Shown: in pieces, positions 54,470-64,000 of the stretch | Position numbering within the stretch: position 1 is the first letter of the stretch | How the letters are laid out: the number at the start of each line of letters is the position of its first letter | Assembly (NCBI GenBank): GCA_963700145.1 | Contig: OY969474.1 | Location: 4,768,001-4,832,000 of the forward strand | Direction: 5' to 3' | DNA length: 64,000 bases | From: an uncultured Acidobacteriota bacterium | GTDB taxonomy: Bacteria; Acidobacteriota; Thermoanaerobaculia; Multivoradales; UBA5704 | The notes under the pieces: model-generated | Databases searched by the model: none | The model's input: only the letters and a program-made list of their open reading frames with translations | Told to the model about the DNA's origin: nothing | Position numbers and translations under genes: made by a program

Positions 54470-54979
54470 CTAGTTCGATTTTTCATCAGCAGTGACCTCC
54501 GGCCGCAGGGCTGAAAAGGCACGATTGAGGAGAGTTCCCAGGGAAAAACCCAAAGCAAGGAAGAGAATTACTGCGCGCCTTGACCAGACGAAAAAGTAAG
54601 TGTAGAGGGCTATCGACATGAGGGCAACCAGCACAAGAACCACAAACGGGAAAGCCCTAGTGCCCTTGAGCTTATCGACGAAGCGGGAGAATCCAACGCC
54701 CGCCAATGTTCCCAAGAGAATTATGACTAGGGCGGCGAGATTGAATCCATAGTCCGGCATGGTACCGATGAGGGTGTCCCCTCGGCCGCGCCGCCAGAGA
54801 ACGAAGAGAACAAAGAGAATCAAAGCCGCCCAACGAGCGGCGTAGGCGGCCTTCTTTGCCGCCGTGGCAGCGGCCTCATCGGGTAAGTGTAAGAAGCCAT
54901 ATCCCCACAGCAGGAGTAAAACCAGCGGGACCAAGGCCCATTCGATTACTCCCGCCAGAACTGAGCCGACATCCTCCAT
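54470..54979 (-). CDS. Multi-pass membrane hypothetical protein (low GC)
   Basis: About 5 hydrophobic helices; SD AGAAGG. Confidence 0.65.
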   Translation of the reverse strand: MEDVGSVLAGVIEWALVPLVLLLLWGYGFLHLPDEAAATAAKKAAYAARWAALILFVLFVLWRRGRGDTLIGTMPDYGFNLAALVIILLGTLAGVGFSRFVDKLKGTRAFPFVVLVLVALMSIALYTYFFVWSRRAVILFLALGFSLGTLLNRAFSALRPEVTADEKSN

Positions 54980-55158
54980 AAGATCGCCTTCTTTCTAGTG
55001 CCAAATCGGCAACCGTAGCACTCAGGTCAACGGAATCCGCAGAGCCTCACTCGCCTCCCGCGGCTAGTTTGAAGGTGAGCTGCTGAAGCGCGTGATACGC
55101 ACAGCATTCCTCCGCTCGATTGTGAAGTTATATGCTCGTTCCGGTGCGCTGCGCTTTC

Positions 55159-55851
55159 TCATGGCAGGTTCTTGGTAGTGAACGTCAGGGTCGCTGCATC
55201 CAAGCGGACGAGGTAAGTTGCGAGAACGCGCTCTACATCACAGTCAGGCTCATCGTAGGGATTACAGGTTTCCTCCACTGTAAATAATAGTGAATCCGCG
55301 GCGTCCCAGTGTGGATCACCTTTGATGGCCCATAGCCTACCGTTCGCCGCTAAGAAATCACCCTCGGAGACTTTCTTCGACTTCAGCTCTACACCTACAA
55401 AACGCTGACCTTCATAAGTGCAAAGGGCCAGCATGTAGCGGCCCGATGGGCTCCAAAACACCCTCTGCGCAGCGGAAGACATGCCTGGTGGCTGAAGAGG
55501 AGTGGAGACAGAAGTCTTGAGGTCCAGCAAGAAGAGACGGTTCTGACCGTCGACATCTTCGGCTATAGCTCCGGCAAGCCCTCTTTCCTTCAGCAGTGAT
55601 ATTCGGAAAGTGGGCACGTCGTCAGGCCTGGAAGTGACCGCCGGATTAAACTTCTTACCTTTATAGAGAATTGTTCCGCTCTTGGAGTATGTGAATTCAC
55701 TTACGGTGTTTCCAAGTGGAAGAGCGAACTCGATCGCGACTGGAGGATCAGCTTGAGCGTCCTTGGTGGTCGATTGGCAGATGCCGCGCTGCAAAATACC
55801 GACCCAGCACAGGAGGCCCACTGCGACGACTCGGGGCAAGAGTAAGCGCAT
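55159..55851 (-). CDS. Exported hypothetical protein, partial beta-propeller-like (low GC)
   Basis: Signal peptide; VFWSPSG motif; SD GAGGAGG. Confidence 0.65.
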   Translation of the reverse strand: MRLLLPRVVAVGLLCWVGILQRGICQSTTKDAQADPPVAIEFALPLGNTVSEFTYSKSGTILYKGKKFNPAVTSRPDDVPTFRISLLKERGLAGAIAEDVDGQNRLFLLDLKTSVSTPLQPPGMSSAAQRVFWSPSGRYMLALCTYEGQRFVGVELKSKKVSEGDFLAANGRLWAIKGDPHWDAADSLLFTVEETCNPYDEPDCDVERVLATYLVRLDAATLTFTTKNLP

Positions 55852-56021
55852 ATCACCTCCTCATTCTACGACTCGCCGAAGGCTCGGTTGACACCAGTAT
55901 ACCAGGATGATTGGCTCTGGCGGGCCACGCCGTGTCGCCCGTGCGCGCGCGGTGGAAGCGGCGCGCAACCAGCGGCACCTCGAGTCCACAAACGATCTTG
56001 CGGCGCAGGCTGCGGGGCCGC

Positions 56022-56414
56022 CCCGTTCCCCAAGTCGATCTACGAGAACGTCGCCTACGGCAGCCGCATCAAGGGCATCAACCGCAAGCGCCCCTGGGCC
56101 TCTCCGGCGGCCAGCAGCAGCGCCTCTGCATCGCCCGCGCGATCGCCGTCGAGCCCGAGGTCATCCTCCTCGACGAGCCCTGCTCCGCCCTCGACCCCAT
56201 CGCCACCGCCCGCATCGAAGAGCTGATGCAGGACCTCAAGAGCCAGTACACCCTGGTCATCGTCACCCACAACATGCAGCAAGCGTCGCGAGTCTCGGAC
56301 TACACCGCCTTCCTCTACCTGGGGGAGCTGATCGAGTACGGCCTGACCGAGAAGACCTTCATCAACCCGCTGAAGAAACAGACCGAGGACTACATCACCG
56401 GGCGGTTCGGGTAG
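56022..56414 (+). pseudogene. pstB: Second, diverged copy of the pstB 3' portion with a 79-bp internal deletion
   Basis: Matches 52592-53063 but lacks 52662-52740; scattered mostly synonymous substitutions. Confidence 0.9.
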
Positions 56415-57576
56415 AAGCCACATTGGAGTACCCTGAGAATCCAAAAGTGTTATGAGCCCGGATGCGAAAGAAATAACGTGTATTTGGGCGCAGATTGGCA
56501 ATCACCGCGCGGGTTCCATTGGCACGGACCGTAGCGACTTCACGGAAGGATTGCTGACTGCGGCGCATCTCAACCCTGAAGGTGGCTTCGTTAATCGAGG
56601 TGTCATGCCAGGTGAGCAGTACTTGTGTCGGAGATATGGCAGTCGCGGTAAGGCCACGGGGAGCGGTGGGAACTGGAGGCCCAAAGGCGAGTGCGAAGCG
56701 GGCTGTTACAGTCTTGGCAGCATCCATGATAACAACGCAAAGTTTCTTTCCAGTACAGGCACCAGACCATCCGGCGAATGTCGAATCCCCCCTGCTGGTG
56801 GCCATGAGAGTTACTATCGAACCATTAGGAAGGCTCTCGGAACAGTCGGTTCCGCAGTTGATCCCCGCCGGGTTGCTGATCACGGTTCCGCCACCTGCTC
56901 CCGATTTGTTCACTGTTAAGAGTTTTTCGAGCCCGGGTTGCTGGTTAGCAACACGCACATTGTCAAGCAAGAAGAGCTCTCCTTGGCTTTCGGCGGACGC
57001 ATCGTTGATGCCGATGACGACACTAGAGAATGGGTTTGCGAGATCCAGAAATCCCAAGAAGCCGTCGCCATCTTGTCCGGGCTTTTCGGGGGGACCAAGA
57101 AGTAGGAAGTCTCTAAAGTTGAACTTCACTCCATTGATTGTCATGGTTAGCTGGTCATCATTTAGGGTTGAGCCCCATTCTCCAGAGAAACCAATAATCG
57201 GTGTATCGAATTCAAACCGCATCTCGCGGACGCCGGGATAAGGGCCGGGCGGGAAAATAGTTCCGATGAAAAGTCTACTGTCATTGCCATAAACACCACC
57301 ATCCTGAATGCGTGTATGGTATATGGAGCTTGGAGCTTCGGCGGTGTCGATGAACACGCTAAACGCGCCTACATCGGTAAGCCCGGCAGGCAAGGCCCCT
57401 AAAGGAGATTCGGAGAAATCCTCAAATTGAATAGTGGCCTGACCCGCAGCCGCTTCCCAAGCGGCAAGGTCGGTAAACACCTGGGGGGCCGCTGCAGCGT
57501 GCCGAACCCCAGTGACAGGCATAATGAATACAGCTATGGTTGTGGCTATGAACTGGCATTTCCGTTGGGTGTTCAT
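56395..57576 (-). CDS. Secreted modular protein: beta-sandwich domain, InlB-B/Flg_new-like repeat, fibronectin type III
   Basis: Signal peptide; [26 protein letters not shown]...FAGWSGAC; FN3 [25 protein letters not shown]. Confidence 0.8.
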   Translation of the reverse strand: MNTQRKCQFIATTIAVFIMPVTGVRHAAAAPQVFTDLAAWEAAAGQATIQFEDFSESPLGALPAGLTDVGAFSVFIDTAEAPSSIYHTRIQDGGVYGNDSRLFIGTIFPPGPYPGVREMRFEFDTPIIGFSGEWGSTLNDDQLTMTINGVKFNFRDFLLLGPPEKPGQDGDGFLGFLDLANPFSSVVIGINDASAESQGELFLLDNVRVANQQPGLEKLLTVNKSGAGGGTVISNPAGINCGTDCSESLPNGSIVTLMATSRGDSTFAGWSGACTGKKLCVVIMDAAKTVTARFALAFGPPVPTAPRGLTATAISPTQVLLTWHDTSINEATFRVEMRRSQQSFREVATVRANGTRAVIANLRPNTRYFFRIRAHNTFGFSGYSNVASTRTAR

Positions 57577-57851
57577 GTCTGCACCTCTTAGAGAGGACCA
57601 TTCACGGCAGGAGCATTTTAGCGGACGCGGTTGCATAGTTCGTAGCAAGTAGGCGAACGCTTGGCACAGAGTTGGCGGAGTGCAGGTTCGGTAATCCGAC
57701 ACTCCCCTGGGGCGGCAGTCACGCGGCTTCCTCCATCATCTGGACTTACCCCGGTTTGGTGGACAGTTGAAGTTTGGGGTCTCCTCCCCTGCGTGAGGCG
57801 GGCAGCTGCCCGTCCCACGATCCGACGAAAACGCCAGGAGTGACGTGCATC

Positions 57852-58697
57852 TCAGGCTGCCCGTCGCCGGCGCTCGAATTCCGCCGGGCTGAGATAGCCC
57901 AGGGCCGAGTGCCGGCGATGCGGGTTGTACCAGCCCTCGAGGAACTCGAACACCGCCATCCGGGCCTCGGTCTGGGTCCCGAAGCGCCGCCGGTCGAGCA
58001 GCTCGCACTCGAGCGTGGCAAAGAAGCTCTCGCACAGCGCGTTGTCGTAGCAGTCCCCGACCGACCCCATCGACGGCCGCACACCGGCTCGTCGGCAGCG
58101 CTGGCCGAAGGCCAACGAGGTGTACTGCGTCCCCTGGTCGGAATGATGGATCACGCCCTGCGGCCGCCGCTGTCCAAGCGCCATCTCCAGTGCCGCCACC
58201 ACGAGCTCGGTCTGCAGATGCGTCGCCATCGACCAGCCCACCACGCGCCGACTCCAGGCGTCGACGACCACGGCCAGGTACAGAAACCCTGCCGTGGTCG
58301 GGATGTAGGTGATGTCGGCCACCCAGAGCCGATCCGGAGCGTCGACCGTGAAGTGACGGCCGACCAGATCCGGCGCCGGGCGGGCTTGGCCGTCTCGCAC
58401 CGTCGTCCGGGGCCACTTCCGCCGACTGACGCCCCCAAGCCCGGCCTCGCGCATCAGCCGCCCCACACGCTTGCGCCCCACCCGTACGCCCTGCGCCGCC
58501 AGCTCGGCGTGGATCCGGGGCGCCCCATAAGTCCCCCACGACCGCGCGTGGATCGCCCGGATCTGCGCGCCGAGCGCCGCGTCGGCTCGGGCTCGCGCAC
58601 CGGCCTGACGCCGACACCAGGCGTAATACCCGCTGGAGGAGACACCCAGCAGTCGGCACATCCTCACTACCCTGTAGCAGGCCTGGTGCGCCCTCAC
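57852..58697 (-). CDS. IS3 transposase OrfB (DDE integrase core)
   Basis: WVADITY, HHSDQGTQY, DNALCESFF. Confidence 0.95.
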   Translation of the reverse strand: MRAHQACYRVVRMCRLLGVSSSGYYAWCRRQAGARARADAALGAQIRAIHARSWGTYGAPRIHAELAAQGVRVGRKRVGRLMREAGLGGVSRRKWPRTTVRDGQARPAPDLVGRHFTVDAPDRLWVADITYIPTTAGFLYLAVVVDAWSRRVVGWSMATHLQTELVVAALEMALGQRRPQGVIHHSDQGTQYTSLAFGQRCRRAGVRPSMGSVGDCYDNALCESFFATLECELLDRRRFGTQTEARMAVFEFLEGWYNPHRRHSALGYLSPAEFERRRRAA

Positions 58698-59014
58698 GAA
58701 TCCGAACCCTTCCGTGGGCTCGACTCGGTCTCCCGAGCAAACCAGGCCGCGGCTTTTGCCAGAATCTCCCGGTCCTCACGCAACTGGCGATTCTCCCGCC
58801 GCAGCCGGCGCAGCTCCTCGCGCTCGGCCGTCGTCAGCCCGTCGTCGCGCCGGCCCTCGTCCCGGTCGGCTTGGCGTGCCCAGTCGCGAATCGACTCGGC
58901 CGAGGGCTCGAACTCCCGACTCAGCTCCTCGGCCGTCCGCCCGGCCCGCACCAACTCAACCATCCGCCGACGAAACTCCGCCGGGTAGGGCTTGCCGCGG
59001 TGACTCCCCATCAT
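58694..59014 (-). CDS. IS3 transposase OrfA (HTH)
   Basis: YPAEFR...EELRRLRRENRQL..EREILAKAAAWF; A-AAA-G slip-site candidate near 58753-58757. Confidence 0.9.
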   Translation of the reverse strand: MMGSHRGKPYPAEFRRRMVELVRAGRTAEELSREFEPSAESIRDWARQADRDEGRRDDGLTTAEREELRRLRRENRQLREDREILAKAAAWFARETESSPRKGSDS

Positions 59015-59128
59015 GGACTCCTTTCTCCCGAAGGATGAGGTGTCCACCAAAGCGGGGCAACTCCACATCAGAGTCTCCTCAGAGATCAGCGGTGGCAGCT
59101 CGGTGAGGTCGAGGTCCTCGCGGAGCGC

Positions 59129-59482
59129 CTACGCCGGGGTACGGCCTTGGCCGGTTTCCCCGACCTGGGGCTCATCGGGTTGGAAGGACGACTCGAAGGT
59201 GGCGATCCCGTCGGCGACGAAGTAGAGCCGGGTGGTGAAGCAGTCGCCCTGCTCGACCACTCGCGTCACGATCGGCAAGCCACCCTCCGGGTCCGGCGCG
59301 CGCTCGACGGTCGCGCATGTCGAGGTGGTAGGCGAAGACCGGAAGGTCCCAGATCCGGTAGCGCCGCCACCGAGGGGTTCCGCCCAAAGCGACTCGAACT
59401 CGTAGCCGGACTCTAGCGCCGAGCCGGGAAGGCGTACCCGCACCTTAACCAAGCCTTCGTGCGCGTCGGGGCGATCCATCAT
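59129..59482 (-). pseudogene. DUF4265-like gene remnant with frameshifts
   Basis: LVKVRV..ESLWAEPLGG / RYRIWDLPVFAYHLDMRD / VTRVVEQG..TTRLYF split across frames. Confidence 0.55.
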
Positions 59483-59509
59483 GGGCGGACGACCTCTTCG
59501 CGTCCTCTC

Positions 59510-59908
59510 CAGAGATCGCCTGGGGGGCTCCAGACTTCTCCCCAGGGCCTGCGGATGTATCCGGAAACGCGGCGGATCTATCCGGAAGCGCGGCGGACAT
59601 ATCCGGACGCGCCGCGGATGTATCCGGAACGCCGGCGGATAGATCCGGAAGCGGCGCGGATACATCCGGAAGCGCCGCGGATGTATCCGGAAGGCCCGCG
59701 GATCTATCCGGCCGCGCCGCGGATGTATCCGGGCGGCTCGCGGATCTATCCGGACGTCGCGCTCCCTTATCCGCAGCCGTCCCGACCGTATCTCCCGCCT
59801 CTCCGGGAACCCCTTGGAGCCCCGCTCCACCAACCGACCAACGAAGGGAGATAACCCCTGTCCTCGGGGAAGCTTCCGGAGGCGAGCGGGAAGCTTCCTT
59901 GCACGCGG
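59510..59908. repeat. 21-bp-period array of palindromic cores CGGAT-NN-ATCCG (10 strong units, degenerate in-register flanks)
   Basis: Cores at 59552+21n up to 59741; GGGAAGCTTCC at 59867 and 59888 keeps the same register. Confidence 0.85.
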
Positions 59909-59918
59909 CGGTGAGTTG

Positions 59919-59970
59919 GCGACACTCCGCCCATGGCGAAGGCCCGCGCCTGCGCTCGGGTCTCCGGGCC
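59919..59970 (+). repeat. Degenerate duplicate of the promoter and first codons of the Prim-Pol remnant at 62889
   Basis: GCGACACTCCGC[C/G]CATGGCGAAGGC (24/25) followed by CGCTCG..TCTCCGG in both places. Confidence 0.7.
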
Positions 59971-60017
59971 CCTCCGTCGCCTCACAACCGCCACAATCTA
60001 CGGCGATGATAGGTGGC

Positions 60018-60611
60018 ATGAAGACCGCGCTGATCATCGTCGTCATCATCGCGCTGGCGTTGCTCGCGGGTCTCGCCGTGACCCGATCGCGACCCGACGA
60101 GCCGGTCGCTGCGGGCGTCTCGGAGACCTCCCGAGGCCCGTCGTTCGAGGTGCACGTCGAAATGCCTCGCCTCGCCCGGCCCCTCTTCGGGATCCTCCCG
60201 GATCCGCTCGTGGCCCCGATGGACGGTACCCCCCGCGAGGTGGGGTTCGACCACGCGAGCCCTGGCGCCGTGATCGGCCGGGTCGGGCACGACCGCCTCG
60301 AGCTCGGCGCCGAGGGTGGTTGGGACCTCTCCATCGAGACTGACGACGAAGGGCGGGTCGCTCCAGGGACACGCCTCGTGTTCCCGCTGCGCCTCGGGGA
60401 AAGAGACGTGATTCTGCGCTGCCGGCCCGCCGATCGTGCCACCGGCTATCTCCGCACCATCAGGCGGGCTGGCGCCGACGAGCTCGACGGCCACTTCCTC
60501 GTCAAGCTCGCCACCTGCGAGAACGTCAAGTCGGGGAAGGCCCTCGAGTGGCCGCCGGCAGCGCTCACCCTCCGCGGCAGCTTCGAGGGGCTGCCACGCG
60601 GCCGTCGCTAA
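60018..60611 (+). CDS. Membrane-anchored hypothetical protein
   Basis: MKTALIIVVIIALALLAGLAV anchor; host-like codon use. Confidence 0.6.
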   Translation: MKTALIIVVIIALALLAGLAVTRSRPDEPVAAGVSETSRGPSFEVHVEMPRLARPLFGILPDPLVAPMDGTPREVGFDHASPGAVIGRVGHDRLELGAEGGWDLSIETDDEGRVAPGTRLVFPLRLGERDVILRCRPADRATGYLRTIRRAGADELDGHFLVKLATCENVKSGKALEWPPAALTLRGSFEGLPRGRR

Positions 60612-60671
60612 CGACGTCTTCCCGGCTCAACGGACTGGGTCGGCGGCCGGCGGGCGGCACAGCGAGTCGCG

Positions 60672-61304
60672 TCAGAGGTCCTTGCAGATCTGAGGCAGCT
60701 TGAAATACGCCGGTGGCGGCGCGTTCTCGCCTTCGAGCGACACGCCGAAATGGTCGTAGAACTCGAAGGGGCCGAGCTGCTTCAGGAGCAGCGACAGCTC
60801 GGGATACTTGTCGGCGCGGCTGCACAGCTTGACCGGGAGACCGATGCCCGGGACAGCGCCGGTCCAGCAGTCGGCCTCGAAGCCGCTCACCGTCTCGGTG
60901 CCGGCGTACACCATGTCGTTGCTCAGCCACCAGTCGCGGCTGAACACGTTGGGGAGAGGAGGCACGTTCAGCGTGCAGTGCAGCTCGCCAGTCTGCTGAT
61001 CGCGTTCGATGAAGTACTCGCGATCGGGATCGACGCCGTCGCCCGGGTCCATGTCGTAGACGTTGAAGATCTCGATCTCGCGATCGATGAACGTCGCCAC
61101 CTCGCGGTTGACACCTGTCTCCATGTCGAAGGTGTAGCGGGCGACGAGCTGGAACGACGGGATTTCGGTGTGCAGGAACCGGCCGGCCCCGCTGTAGCGC
61201 AGCGGGAAGTTCGGCAGGGGCTTGTCCTGCGCTTGCACGGGAACCCACGGTAGTGAAACCACGAATGCAAGCACCACGCACCGTAACGACCGCTCTCTTC
61301 TCAT
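60672..61304 (-). CDS. Secreted protein, ependymin-related/LolA-fold-like
   Basis: Signal peptide; YAGTETVSGFEADCW and terminal PPPAYFKLPQIC motifs; overlaps upstream stop. Confidence 0.55.
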   Translation of the reverse strand: MRRERSLRCVVLAFVVSLPWVPVQAQDKPLPNFPLRYSGAGRFLHTEIPSFQLVARYTFDMETGVNREVATFIDREIEIFNVYDMDPGDGVDPDREYFIERDQQTGELHCTLNVPPLPNVFSRDWWLSNDMVYAGTETVSGFEADCWTGAVPGIGLPVKLCSRADKYPELSLLLKQLGPFEFYDHFGVSLEGENAPPPAYFKLPQICKDL

Positions 61305-62809
61305 GTATGGCCACCTCCATGGATGGGTGGAAAGATCCCTTGCCCGGGCGTCAGGAGGACGTCGGGGTCGAAGGTCCTTTTGGCGATGACGAAGCGGGGC
61401 CAGCGCCGGCCGAAGTGGCGCCGCCAGTCGCTCACGCTCATGGGCACCGAGTCGACGGGATAGAAGAAGCCGCCCACGGCCCGCGCCCGCTCGAACAGGA
61501 CACGGTTGGCCGCCACCAGCTCGGCCGAGCGCTCCGCCGTCGGCGGGATCGCGTTGCGCAGCAGGCCAAAGAGGAAAAAGGCGTCGCCGTCCGGTACCCG
61601 GAAGTTGGGGGCCTCGAAACTGCTGCGCCGATAGGGATAGACGAGGACCGGACCCTGCCCCAGGTCGGCCGGGTCCAGCGCCGACAGCGTGTCGCCGATG
61701 AAGCTCTCGGCGTGGGCGGATGGCACCAGCAGGTCCACCCAGGGGTGAGGGAAGAACCAGACGCCGATCTGCTTGAGAAACTCCACCGTCGGCGCCAGGC
61801 GATTGAGGTAATCGAAATACGGCAGGTCCTGAGAGGTCTGCGCGCCGGTCAGGAAGCGCAGGCCTGCCAGCAGGGTGGCGTCGTCCGGCTCGTGCCCCGG
61901 CGCGAAGCCTTTCGTCGCCTCCAGCAGGTAGGTCCAGCCGCCCGCGGGGTCCGGCGCGGCGAACCCTTGCACGGTGTCGAAGCGGCCGTCCCCGACCAGC
62001 GCCAGCAGGTCTTCCAGGAAAACGTGGAGATCGTCGTACGGGAGCTGGTAGTAGCGGGTGCTGGGGAGGACCGGCACTAGCCGCACCCGGGCGCGCGCGA
62101 TGACGGCGTGCTGACCCAGGCCCGAGCGCACCGCGTCGAAGAGAAACCGGCGGCTGGCCGGCGAGCAGGTCACGATCTCACCGCGGCCGGTGACGACTGT
62201 CAATGCCAGCACGTTGTCCACCTGCGGCCCTTCCCGGAAGGTCTGGGCGCCCACACCTCCCACGGAAAGGGTGCCGCCGATCGAAAGCTCGATGTAATCG
62301 GTCAGGGTCGGAGGGGCCAGCCCCAGAGGGATCGTCTGCGCCAGCAACTCGCTCCAGAGCACGCCGGCGTCCACGAGGGCGTCGCCGGCGTTGACCTCGT
62401 GGATGGTGGCGAGGCTGGACATGTCGATGACCACTCCGGCCTCGACCTGCGCCTGGCCCAGCGTGCTGTGCCCCTGGCCGCGGGCTGCCACCTGGATGTC
62501 GTGCCTGCGGGCGAAGTCGATGAGGCGGGCGATGTCCTGGATCGAGCCAGGCCGCAGCACGGCCTGGGGCCGGCGGTGGATGGCGTGGCCAAAGTCGTCG
62601 GCCGCTGCGGACAGCGTCGCGTCGTCGGTGAGAAGCTGGCCGTCGAAGTCCGGAAACCCGTCCGCCAGATTCGCCCGTCCGCCGGCCAGCTCCGCGGCCG
62701 TGGCCCAACTCCTCAGGTCGGCGTCGAAGCCGAGCACGGCGACCGCCGCCAGGCTCCCGCGCAAGAAGTCGCGCCGCGACACCGCGGTGGGCTCAGCCAT
62801 GTTCTTCAT
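61301..62809 (-). CDS. Tat-exported FAD-linked oxidase, cytokinin dehydrogenase-like
   Basis: SRRDFL Tat motif; ARGQGHS; TDYIELSIGGTLS; GPQVDNV; PHPWVDL; FDP..LLTPGQGIF. Confidence 0.85.
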   Translation of the reverse strand: MKNMAEPTAVSRRDFLRGSLAAVAVLGFDADLRSWATAAELAGGRANLADGFPDFDGQLLTDDATLSAAADDFGHAIHRRPQAVLRPGSIQDIARLIDFARRHDIQVAARGQGHSTLGQAQVEAGVVIDMSSLATIHEVNAGDALVDAGVLWSELLAQTIPLGLAPPTLTDYIELSIGGTLSVGGVGAQTFREGPQVDNVLALTVVTGRGEIVTCSPASRRFLFDAVRSGLGQHAVIARARVRLVPVLPSTRYYQLPYDDLHVFLEDLLALVGDGRFDTVQGFAAPDPAGGWTYLLEATKGFAPGHEPDDATLLAGLRFLTGAQTSQDLPYFDYLNRLAPTVEFLKQIGVWFFPHPWVDLLVPSAHAESFIGDTLSALDPADLGQGPVLVYPYRRSSFEAPNFRVPDGDAFFLFGLLRNAIPPTAERSAELVAANRVLFERARAVGGFFYPVDSVPMSVSDWRRHFGRRWPRFVIAKRTFDPDVLLTPGQGIFPPIHGGGHT

Positions 62810-62857
62810 GTTCGATGTCCTCCTTCGGTGAAGATAGCCAGTCGTCTATCTAAGCCA

Positions 62858-62886
62858 AGGCTACGCAGGCGGCGACCCGCCGTCAA
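62858..62886 (-). promoter_or_regulatory. sigma70-type promoter of the oxidase operon
   Basis: TTGACG-N17-TAGCCT. Confidence 0.55.
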
Positions 62887-63001
62887 ATGCGACACTCCGC
62901 GCATGGCGAAGGCTCCGGCGACAACGCTCGAGATCTCCGGCCGCGAGGTGGTGATCACCAATCCGGGGAAGGTCTACTTCCCGCGCGCCCTGGCCGCCGC
63001 A

Positions 63002-64000
<999 letters not shown>

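Larger units (their letters stand above)
57741..59065 (-). mobile_element. IS3-family insertion sequence, 1325 bp, apparently intact
   Basis: 25-bp TIRs TGGACTTACCCCGGTTTGGTGGACA / TGGAGTTGCCCCGCTTTGGTGGACA (22/25); 4-bp target duplication CATC. Confidence 0.95.

Noticed and set aside
59552-59760. CRISPR array interpretation of the 21-bp and 20-bp palindromic arrays
   Set aside because: Cores are ~12 bp and linkers 8-9 bp, far below CRISPR repeat and spacer sizes; no cas genes in the window
53064-63000. Prophage or ICE interpretation of the variable region
   Set aside because: No integrase, phage structural, relaxase or conjugation genes are visible

Overview
Very GC-rich bacterial chromosome window. 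Gene content, the PGGV-repeat TonB and the SgmX-like TPR gene after trmD-rplS-rnhB suggest Acidobacteriota, possibly Thermoanaerobaculia; this is inference only. The backbone is housekeeping, envelope and transport genes: trmD end, rplS, rnhB, DHS-like, IDH-family, Mo-oxidoreductase, rarA, dsbD, aminotransferase, M2 peptidase, SRAP, hutF, argE, TPR-TonB-ExbB-ExbD x2, permeases, cstA, mgtE, dedA, hppA, an OprP-type porin, and pstSCAB with symmetric Pho boxes. There are two accessory zones. (i) 8.2-18 kb holds an MNT-HEPN pair, Cys-rich exported proteins and a two-gene putative immune module (degenerate SIR2-TIR protein plus nSTAND1-TM-14xWD40 receptor). (ii) 53-63 kb holds lower-GC cargo bracketed by duplicated host-gene fragments (pstB 3' end; Prim-Pol 5' end), attC-like remnants, an intact IS3, and a Tat-exported cytokinin-dehydrogenase-like oxidase with an ependymin-like partner. 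Non-coding highlights are two helically phased arrays of short palindromes (20-bp and 21-bp period), a ~350-bp composite hairpin element present twice, many apparent leaderless promoters, and a CstA C-terminally fused to a DUF2946/CruR-like leader whose codons can pair with the next gene's RBS. All calls come from reading the sequence; no database searches were run.
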